This document shows positions 17,709 through 24,959 of a stretch of 50,946 bases of DNA, piece by piece (the stretch's first letter is position 1; every line of letters starts with the position of its first letter). Source of the DNA: Muribaculaceae bacterium (GTDB taxonomy: Bacteria > Cyanobacteriota > Vampirovibrionia > Gastranaerophilales > Gastranaerophilaceae). The notes under the pieces were generated by a model. That model ran no database searches. It had not been told where the DNA came from and saw only the letters and a program-made list of their open reading frames with translations. The stretch spans positions 1-50,946 of the forward strand of contig JAMPCZ010000003.1 of the NCBI GenBank assembly GCA_023665935.1, in the 5' to 3' direction. The translations under genes and the position numbers were made by a program.

Positions 17709-19325
17709 ATGAGCAACTTACAATTTCAAAATGACTTAGACAAATTAGTTGAGATTTTACCTCCACGAATCAGGCAACACATCTCTTATGCTCAGATGGA
17801 TGATGTTATAGAAATCGTTTTAGATATCGGTCGTCCGCCTGAAATCAGACACGCTGACGGAAAGATAGAATATATTGATTCTACAGATATCGGATATAAC
17901 GATATTGAATTTATAACATCCAGGGTTCAGGAATTCACATCCGATAACCGTTCAGGTATCCCTGGAACACTCCATAGGATTAGTGCTATCAGAAACAGAC
18001 AAGGTAAAGTTGTTGGGCTAACTTGCAGAATTGGTCGTGTTGTAACAGGTACTATTGCATGTATAAAAGATATTTGTCTGCAAAATAAAAGTATTTTATT
18101 CTTAGGCAGACCGGGTGTTGGTAAGACAACAAAACTCAGAGAGATTTCACGACTTGTCGCTGATGATTTAGGCAAACGTGTCGTAATCGTTGATACATCA
18201 AACGAAATTGCAGGTGATGGTGATTCTCCGCACCCTGCTGTCGGTCATGCCAGAAGAATGCAGGTAAGACAGCCTGAATATCAAAAAGATATTATGATTG
18301 AGGCTGTAGAAAACCATACGCCTGAAGTTATCGTGGTTGATGAAATCGGTACGGAAGCCGAAGCTCAAGCGGCAAGAACGATTGCTGAACGTGGTGTAAT
18401 GCTTATTGCAACGGCTCACGGTAACAGTCTTGAAAGTTTAATTAAAAACCCGACATTATCAGATTTAGTCGGCGGTATTCAATCTGTAACATTGGGGGAT
18501 GATGAGGCTAAACGCCGCTCCTCACAGAAAACTGTTTTGGAAAGAGAGAAACAGCCGACTTTCGATATCGTTATAGAGATTTTGGACAGAAATACTCTTG
18601 CGGTATATAAAAATACTTCCGAAGCTGTAGATTATATTTTGCGCGGTTGGCCTATCCGACCTGAATTAAGGAAAGTGGATAAAACCTATGAGTTTTCAGG
18701 TATGGAAACCCCATCTGTAAAAACGCCAACCGTGCTCGATAAAATAAATGCTCTTGATGAAAAAATTGAACACCCTGAAAGTTTGAAATTCAGTTTTTCA
18801 AGACAAAAGTATGTTGAAGAAGTTAAAAAATTCAAAAAAATATACTTATACGCAGTTTCAAGAAGTATTGCTGAAAAAGTTATCGAAAGACTTGATTTGA
18901 ACGCTGAAATTACGAGAAATTTAGACGATGCGGATATTGTAATTGCGCACAAAAACTTTGTGAAAGGCGGGGCGAAAGTTCTTAGTACGGCAGAAGAAAA
19001 CAGGCTTCAAATTTTCTATGTCAAAACGAATTCAATGGCACAGATTCAAAAAGTTATCAAAGAGGCTCTTGATATTGCCGAATTAAATGAGCGGCAAACA
19101 TTCTATGACATTACAGAGAAGGCTCTTGATGAAGCAAAATCTGCAATTGAACAGATTTTGGCAGGTGCACCTGATGTTGAGTTGAAGCCGCAAAGTACGC
19201 AAATCAGAAAACTGCAGCACGAACTTGTCGAGCAGCATAATCTTGAAAGTAAATCTATCGGCGAAGGCGAAAGTCGTCATTTAAGGATTGTCGGCGGTAA
19301 AGATTACGATAAAAAACTCGGCTAA
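17709..19325 (+). CDS. Ycf45-like AAA ATPase (SpoIIIAA-related) with C-terminal R3H nucleic-acid-binding domain
   Basis: Walker A GRPGVGKTTKLREISR, Walker B VIVVDEIGT, ATAHGNSLESL. C-terminal R-x3-H motif IRKLQHELVEQHNLESKSIGEGESRHLRI. Confidence 0.75.
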   Translation: MSNLQFQNDLDKLVEILPPRIRQHISYAQMDDVIEIVLDIGRPPEIRHADGKIEYIDSTDIGYNDIEFITSRVQEFTSDNRSGIPGTLHRISAIRNRQGKVVGLTCRIGRVVTGTIACIKDICLQNKSILFLGRPGVGKTTKLREISRLVADDLGKRVVIVDTSNEIAGDGDSPHPAVGHARRMQVRQPEYQKDIMIEAVENHTPEVIVVDEIGTEAEAQAARTIAERGVMLIATAHGNSLESLIKNPTLSDLVGGIQSVTLGDDEAKRRSSQKTVLEREKQPTFDIVIEILDRNTLAVYKNTSEAVDYILRGWPIRPELRKVDKTYEFSGMETPSVKTPTVLDKINALDEKIEHPESLKFSFSRQKYVEEVKKFKKIYLYAVSRSIAEKVIERLDLNAEITRNLDDADIVIAHKNFVKGGAKVLSTAEENRLQIFYVKTNSMAQIQKVIKEALDIAELNERQTFYDITEKALDEAKSAIEQILAGAPDVELKPQSTQIRKLQHELVEQHNLESKSIGEGESRHLRIVGGKDYDKKLG

Positions 19326-19371
19326 AAATTAACTCTGTTTTAGCAGTGTGATGAACTTTTATCCTGCCGGC

Positions 19372-20283
19372 TTATTCAATAATATTTATCATGTCCTTTA
19401 TAACCAGGTTATAAGGTGTCGGAATTCCGTGTTTTTGACCAAGTCGGATTACTGTTCCTGCAAACATCTCAACTTCTGTTTTTCGTCCGGCTTCAATATC
19501 TTGAAGCATTGAAGTTTTGCCTTCGGGTATCATTGCATTAAACCCCGCCATTGCCTCATCTATCATTGTTTCCGTGTTTTTTATACCTTCGGCTTTGGCA
19601 ATTTGGACAACTTCACTCATTATTTTTTTCAGCATTTCAAGAAATTTCGGATTGGTCTGCATATCTCCAAAAGTCAGATGCATAATCGCGGAAGGTTGGT
19701 TTGCCGATACATTTAGCATGAATTTTAACCAATAAGCTCTCATCATATCATCCGGGGTTCTATATGCAATATCGGTTTTATCAAACAGATCTTTGACCAA
19801 ACGGATGTCGTTTTGGTCAGTTTCTTTTGCCGGATTTATTCCAAAAACTATATCGCCGTGTCCGCCGTGGGTAATCTCATTTCCGCTGCGCATTGCGCTG
19901 TCACCGATGTAATAAGAAATCAAAGTATGTTTCCATCCGTATTTTTGGGCGATTACTTTTTCGCTTGTTACACCATTCAAAAGTGACATTATAATTGTAT
20001 CTTCTTTTACAAAATTTCGGATATTATTTACAGCCTCATTCAAGCCGTCAAGTTTTGTCGAAATAATGATAAAATCTGCTTTGTAATCGGTGTTTCCTGG
20101 CAGAATATAATCAAGATTTAAGACTCTTCCGTTGAAAGTTTTTGGATTTTTTGTATATTTTTCAAGCCTGTTTTCATCGACCAGGATTTTAAGCCTGCAA
20201 TTGCTGTAGTTATTAATTTTGTTGGCGTAAATGGTTCCGATTGCGCCTAATCCGCATATTAGTACATTTTTAATTTCGTTCAT
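19372..20283 (-). CDS. panE: 2-dehydropantoate 2-reductase (ketopantoate reductase)
   Basis: Rossmann motif VLICGLGAIGTIYA, SLLNGV, and the C-terminal domain motif SMLQDIEAGRKTEVEMF. Confidence 0.8.
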   Translation of the reverse strand: MNEIKNVLICGLGAIGTIYANKINNYSNCRLKILVDENRLEKYTKNPKTFNGRVLNLDYILPGNTDYKADFIIISTKLDGLNEAVNNIRNFVKEDTIIMSLLNGVTSEKVIAQKYGWKHTLISYYIGDSAMRSGNEITHGGHGDIVFGINPAKETDQNDIRLVKDLFDKTDIAYRTPDDMMRAYWLKFMLNVSANQPSAIMHLTFGDMQTNPKFLEMLKKIMSEVVQIAKAEGIKNTETMIDEAMAGFNAMIPEGKTSMLQDIEAGRKTEVEMFAGTVIRLGQKHGIPTPYNLVIKDMINIIE

Positions 20284-20421
20284 AACAAGTTAATTTTATC
20301 ATATCAAAATTCAAATATTAACTTTTTTTACAAAATTTTTATATTACTGCAATTTTTGCTGAAAAAATAACTTTATAATAATACGTGTAATGTGTGAATA
20401 ATTTAGGTGTGTGATTAGTTA

Positions 20422-21195
20422 GTGGAAATTAATACAACTAATTCCGGCTTGCGAGTTCCGTATCCGGTAAGAAATATACAATTTAATAACCATAATTTGA
20501 ATCAGATTTTTTTCGGGCAGGCACCGGCAGCTGATTCATTTAAAAGTACATCAGTTACAAGATTTTTTGATGAAAATGAAATCCGAAAAATGATTTCTTC
20601 CAATCCTGAAATCAAACGTATTTTGTCTGAAAATAACATTTCAGGCAGATTGAACATGATAGAACTTGAGGAATTAAGGACAGGGCATTGCAAAGATACC
20701 CAGGATATTGCGATGGGTATTGCTAACAATTTAATGCCTGCACTTAAGCAAAAAGTAAATATCAAAAATTTGAAGGAAGGCGCACAGCTCCACGATTTTG
20801 GCAAGGTGCTGATTCCGTCCGAAATTTTAAACAAAGCAAGTTCTCTGACTGTGGATGAACATAAAATAATGGATTTGCATTCAGAACTCGGATATCAGCT
20901 TTTGAAAAATACAGGGCTTAGTGATGATGTTTTATCTCTTGTCAGATATCATCATCAAGCGAGTGAAAATAAAAAATACGTTCCGAATATTGATTTGCAA
21001 ATACTTAATCTTGCAGATAAATATTCAGCTTTGACAGAAAAACGCGTATACAAAGATAAATTTTCACCTGAAAAAGCTTTGACAATACTTAGTAAATGTG
21101 TGGAGTCAGGTGAAGTTCATCCGTTCTTATTCAACGCGTTGGTAAAATCGGTTAACAACAATACTTCCGCTGATATGTTAACAAATGTTAAGTAG
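20422..21195 (+). CDS. stand-alone HD-domain phosphohydrolase, HD-GYP-related but lacking the GYP signature
   Basis: LHDFGKVLIPSEILNK, DEHKIMDLHSELGYQLL, VRYHHQ, LADKYSALTEKRVYK. GTG start at 20422, with no in-frame ATG nearby. Confidence 0.7.
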   Translation: MEINTTNSGLRVPYPVRNIQFNNHNLNQIFFGQAPAADSFKSTSVTRFFDENEIRKMISSNPEIKRILSENNISGRLNMIELEELRTGHCKDTQDIAMGIANNLMPALKQKVNIKNLKEGAQLHDFGKVLIPSEILNKASSLTVDEHKIMDLHSELGYQLLKNTGLSDDVLSLVRYHHQASENKKYVPNIDLQILNLADKYSALTEKRVYKDKFSPEKALTILSKCVESGEVHPFLFNALVKSVNNNTSADMLTNVK

Positions 21196-21360
21196 TATAT
21201 ATTTAATATGGCAATTTTTAATAAGAAAAATTGTTTATATATATGTAAGGGATATTTAAACAACACGGGAAATCAACATAACGATAAAATTATACTTCAT
21301 TAAATTGGGGACAAATTTTAGGGGAAAATTAAAATCGAATCATCCATCATAATCAATCTT

Positions 21361-21394
21361 GGGTGCTGAATATTATTCGGCACCTTTTTATTTT
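21361..21394 (+). terminator. rho-independent terminator about 165 nt downstream of the HD-domain gene
   Basis: GGTGCTGAAT-ATT-ATTCGGCACC (10-bp stem with one G-U pair) followed by TTTTTATTTT. Confidence 0.6.
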
Positions 21395-21408
21395 GTGTGT
21401 GGGTAAAT

Positions 21409-21727
21409 GTAATTGCTGCCGCTTTGCTATGTTTAGCTTTGCAAAGACGATGTTATGCCCTCACCCCTGGAGGGAGAGGGTAAGGGTGAGGGGGCAATGT
21501 TTAACACGTTACATATAAATACTGGATTGCCACGGGCTAAAGCCCTCGCAATGACGATTCAGGTCATCCTGAGCGGAGCAAAGGTTCTCGTGAGAGATTC
21601 TTCGGTCGCTAACGCTTCCTCAGAATGATGTGGATTTTGCAAGGTAGTTGTCTTTGCGAGCGTAAGCGAAGCAATCCATCAAACTGTGGATTGTCACATC
21701 TTCACTATGTTCAGGTTCGCAAAGACG
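21409..21727. repeat. mosaic cluster of hairpin repeats (families D, C, B, A, B-variant)
   Basis: GTAATTGCTGCC..GCAAAGACG (21409-21449). CCCTCACCCCTGGAGGGAGAGGGTAAGGGTGAGGGGG (21458-21494). CTGGATTGCCACGGGCTAAAGCCCTCGCAATGACG (21522-21556). GTCATCCTGAGCGGAGCAAAGGTTCTC..GAGATTCTTCGGTCGCTAACGCTTCCTCAGAATGAT (21563-21629). GTCTTTGCGAGCGTAAGCGAAGCAATCC..GGATTGTCAC..TTCGCAAAGACG (21651-21727). Confidence 0.8.
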
Positions 21728-21741
21728 ACCATAATCTTACT

Positions 21742-23298
21742 TTATGCAGCAGCTTTAGTTCCTTCATTTTGATATTGTGCTGTTCCCGGGAAAGCGTCTG
21801 AGCCAGTTCTTTTCTTTGTTATTAAGTATTGCAGTTTTGGAATGAATGTTGACAGGAACATTGCGGAAGTTACAAATCCGGCACCCCAGTTCAGAGCATT
21901 AAGTCTTAAATTACTGTTGGAAGCTTTACGCAGCAGCTGCATTGTAACTTCTCTGGTATCGGTTTTTTCAGCCCGTTTTACTATTGATTTAACGTAATTT
22001 ATCAAATCTTTCTTAACTGCATCCAATTCACTTTGAGCAACGAATTTATATTCTTGGGTGAATTTTTCGCCGAACATATTTTTGAAGAATTCGCGTAAGA
22101 ATTCAGGGTTGTTGATGTGACCGCCGTTCAAGACATCACGAGCTTGAGCTTCAGTAATAATTGAAACATCTTTGAGTTTTGGCTGTAATTTAGACATTTT
22201 TTCAGCCAGTGATTCGTACTCAGCGAGTTGTTCAGGCGGAACAAGTCTTGCCAATTCTTGTTTGAATTTGTGCAATGAAGTGATTTTTATATCTTTGCCT
22301 TTGAATTTAGCTTTCAGGCTTGGCGGAAGTTCATCTTCTCTGCCTAAGAAATCTTTGGCAAATTGTTCAACATTCATCTTGCCGTTGCCAAAATCTTCAA
22401 GATAGTTTTGCATATATCTTGTTGCAAATTCGGCAGAAACAGGGTCAAGACGAGTACCGATACCGTTTTGTTCCAATTTATTCAACCATTTGTTCATGTT
22501 TGACATATTGAACATGTAGAAATAAATTGAACTGATATCTCTGAATCCTATTTCGACTCTTTCGTCGTTATTTCTTGCAGAGTAAGTTCTGCCGCCGGCG
22601 GTTCCGACGTCAACTGAGAGAAGTTGATAGTTTCTGCTGCTTTCAAATTTATTTGCTATTGCCAAATAATTAATACCTTTGAACGGTATATTTTTATCTT
22701 TATTTTCGTCGTCATTTTTCTTTGCAAAGTTTTCAAATTTAGGTCTTTGAATAGTTTGATTTGTCGGAACTGCCGGATTATTACCGGTGTTCTTGTCTTT
22801 GTGATAAGAACGGGTAATTGCCTGATTTATTTTTGGCAGAACAAATCCGATAAATGCGTTTGCTATCAAGACACTTGAAATTACTTTTACGAACTTAAAC
22901 TTCGAGATTGTAGATTTAAGTATTTCATTACCACCGAGGGTTTTTTCTTTTGAAAGGTAGTTATTCAGCGGTCTGCGGACGATATCATCTGCAATATCAA
23001 CAACATGTTTTGGCAGATTATTCAATTTCTGACCAATTTTTTCAAACAGCCAATTTAAACCCTTAACTCCGCCAAGCCAAAACACTGCACCTGAAAATTC
23101 TTCGGTAATTCTTTCCCTGGCTTCATCAAATCCGCCTCTTTTGTAGGCTTGATATGTTCTTCCGCCTTCAACAAATGCTTCCAAAGCAATAACCGGCAAA
23201 AAACCGCTACTTGCCATTTGTTTTACGATATTTCTTGATATTGGATTATTTATATTTGCTACCGGGATTCTTATTGACATAAATTTACTTTCATACAA
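21742..23298 (-). CDS. hypothetical membrane protein (518 aa) with duplicated GGRTY module
   Basis: Long ORF. Hydrophobic segments VISSVLIANAFIGFVL and WGAGFVTSAMFLSTFI. GGRTY occurs twice: aa 45-49 (nt 23152-23166) and aa 235-239 (nt 22582-22596). No family recognised. The start may be M7 (23280). Confidence 0.55.
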   Translation of the reverse strand: MYESKFMSIRIPVANINNPISRNIVKQMASSGFLPVIALEAFVEGGRTYQAYKRGGFDEARERITEEFSGAVFWLGGVKGLNWLFEKIGQKLNNLPKHVVDIADDIVRRPLNNYLSKEKTLGGNEILKSTISKFKFVKVISSVLIANAFIGFVLPKINQAITRSYHKDKNTGNNPAVPTNQTIQRPKFENFAKKNDDENKDKNIPFKGINYLAIANKFESSRNYQLLSVDVGTAGGRTYSARNNDERVEIGFRDISSIYFYMFNMSNMNKWLNKLEQNGIGTRLDPVSAEFATRYMQNYLEDFGNGKMNVEQFAKDFLGREDELPPSLKAKFKGKDIKITSLHKFKQELARLVPPEQLAEYESLAEKMSKLQPKLKDVSIITEAQARDVLNGGHINNPEFLREFFKNMFGEKFTQEYKFVAQSELDAVKKDLINYVKSIVKRAEKTDTREVTMQLLRKASNSNLRLNALNWGAGFVTSAMFLSTFIPKLQYLITKKRTGSDAFPGTAQYQNEGTKAAA

Positions 23299-23493
23299 AA
23301 TGTCGTCTGCGTTTTGACTATTTCGACTGTATTTTATTCAGATACTTTTATTTAATATTGCTCAAGATGATTTTTTGCTTTAATAAGGGTATTTTTTAAT
23401 ATTTTGTTACAAAAACGTATTAGTTTTTGATTTCCTAGCAATAATAATTTTGTTCATGATTTACTATACATGTAAGTGAAGGAAATAAGTGTG

Positions 23494-24279
23494 ATGATTA
23501 GCAAAATAACAGCGAATAATATAAACACCTATAATAAAGTGTCTTTCGGACAAGGTCAGGAATGGGAAAAGACCCTTACCAAAAAACAAAAAGCTGTAAT
23601 TTTAGCGTCGTCCGCAGCAGGCATGGCTCCTGTTCTTGCAGGTCTTGCAAAGCACAAAGGTTTTTCACTGAATCCTGTTAAAATTTTTAAAACCCCGATA
23701 AAAGAATGGGCACTTTTGAAATATGCACCAAAAGGAAAAGCTATTGAGTTTGAAGCTCCTCAAATTCTTGGTGTTGCAGGCGGTTCTGTTGCCGGAGGAT
23801 TTGTTGGCGGCTGTATTGTTGACAAAGATAACATTAAAGCCAAAAAACGTGAAGTTCTTAACCAGCTTTTAGGAAATGTTTTGGTTCCTGTTGCTTGTGT
23901 TGCGGGCGGAGCTTCTGTTTATGAGAAATATGCAGAAAAAATCGAAGGTGCAATGCCGCAATTCAAAAGTTCTAAGAAATTCCTTAAAGGATTGAATAAA
24001 GTTATACAAAAAATTCCAAATGCTTTTACTACACTTGGATTGCTGGCAGTTGGGATTTATTGCGGAAACAAGGTTTCCAATTTGATTAATGAAAAGCTGT
24101 ATCATAAAAAAGTTGAGAGAAATATTCGTCCGAGCGATTTTGCACCGCACGTAGATGATGTTTGTATGGCTACATCTATGATGAACAAAGAATCTTCATT
24201 CGGTGCAAAATTAGGCAGAATAATCCCGATTGCGCTTCTTGTTCCGGGTTACGAAACAGGAATTGCGCAAAGTAAATAG
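23494..24279 (+). CDS. hypothetical Gly/Ala-rich membrane protein (~261 aa)
   Basis: Hydrophobic Gly-zipper-like segments VILASSAAGMAPVLAGLA, GVAGGSVAGGFVGGCIV, VLVPVACVAGGASV, TLGLLAVGIYCG. SD GAAGGA at 23478-23483. GTG starts at 23476 and 23491 are also possible. Confidence 0.5.
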   Translation: MISKITANNINTYNKVSFGQGQEWEKTLTKKQKAVILASSAAGMAPVLAGLAKHKGFSLNPVKIFKTPIKEWALLKYAPKGKAIEFEAPQILGVAGGSVAGGFVGGCIVDKDNIKAKKREVLNQLLGNVLVPVACVAGGASVYEKYAEKIEGAMPQFKSSKKFLKGLNKVIQKIPNAFTTLGLLAVGIYCGNKVSNLINEKLYHKKVERNIRPSDFAPHVDDVCMATSMMNKESSFGAKLGRIIPIALLVPGYETGIAQSK

Positions 24280-24301
24280 CGGGAAATATATAATCTTTCC
24301 T

Positions 24302-24955
24302 CTATTTTAAATCAGGGAAAAAGTATCTGATGCCATCGTCAGAACGCCATCTTACATATCCTGTTTTAGGGGTTCTGTCCAGGTCTAAAACGCTTATTAA
24401 AGCCCAGTTTCCACGGATAACACTCAGGTTAATTTTTTTCGGATAATTTATGGTTGAAATAGTTTTGGCAGAATCTTCTGTTGTTGATTTTATTTCTTTG
24501 CAATATTCAGGTGAACCTGTTAATAATGTCAATCCGTATTTTTTTCCGTAAGTATTGTAAAAGTTAATCCAGGTCATAAATTTATACGGGTCATCACGCT
24601 TAATCCAGCCGGTCAAACCTTTTGAGTTATCGTAAACTATTTCGACCCAGTCATCGGTATAATCGACTGCGGCAACAAGAGCCAGTGCTTTTTTCTCTAA
24701 AAATACCACGAAGAATCTGTCAAATCCGATTTCATCAGGGAAAAACTCGGTATTATTCCATCTGATTCGATATAAAATTTGTGAATCTTCGCTTGGTTCT
24801 TTGTATATTTTTACGTCGTTGCCAACTTGGTACAGCCCGATAGTATTCACCTGATTTACAGCAGGTTTCAGAGGAATGACATCTTTTGCATAAACATTGA
24901 TTCCCATCCCGAACCCGAGGAAAAATAGGGTGAATATTAACAGTTTTTTTATCAT
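24302..24955 (-). CDS. secreted hypothetical protein, possibly SH3b-like
   Basis: Signal peptide MIKKLLIFTLFFLGFGMGINVYA. The segment VKIYKEPSEDSQILYRIRWN...WVEIVYDNSKGLTGWIKRDD resembles bacterial SH3. I chose the start at 24955 so the gene does not overlap the pheT stop. Confidence 0.5.
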   Translation of the reverse strand: MIKKLLIFTLFFLGFGMGINVYAKDVIPLKPAVNQVNTIGLYQVGNDVKIYKEPSEDSQILYRIRWNNTEFFPDEIGFDRFFVVFLEKKALALVAAVDYTDDWVEIVYDNSKGLTGWIKRDDPYKFMTWINFYNTYGKKYGLTLLTGSPEYCKEIKSTTEDSAKTISTINYPKKINLSVIRGNWALISVLDLDRTPKTGYVRWRSDDGIRYFFPDLK

Positions 24956-24959
24956 AAGC

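Noticed and set aside
17525-17716. 63-aa minus-strand ORF in the rsmD / ycf45-like intergenic region
   Set aside because: It has no SD and an AT-rich, low-complexity translation. It overlaps the likely promoter region and the start of the Ycf45-like gene.
21209-21241. Small ORF in the 165-nt gap between the HD-gene stop and its terminator
   Set aside because: Careful reading gives only 10 codons before a TAA, and there is no SD.
21409-21727. Possible CRISPR array, given the many short repeats in intergenic clusters
   Set aside because: The repeats belong to different families, are inverted or hairpin-forming, are imperfect, and are irregularly spaced with no unique spacers of uniform length. 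No cas genes are in the window.
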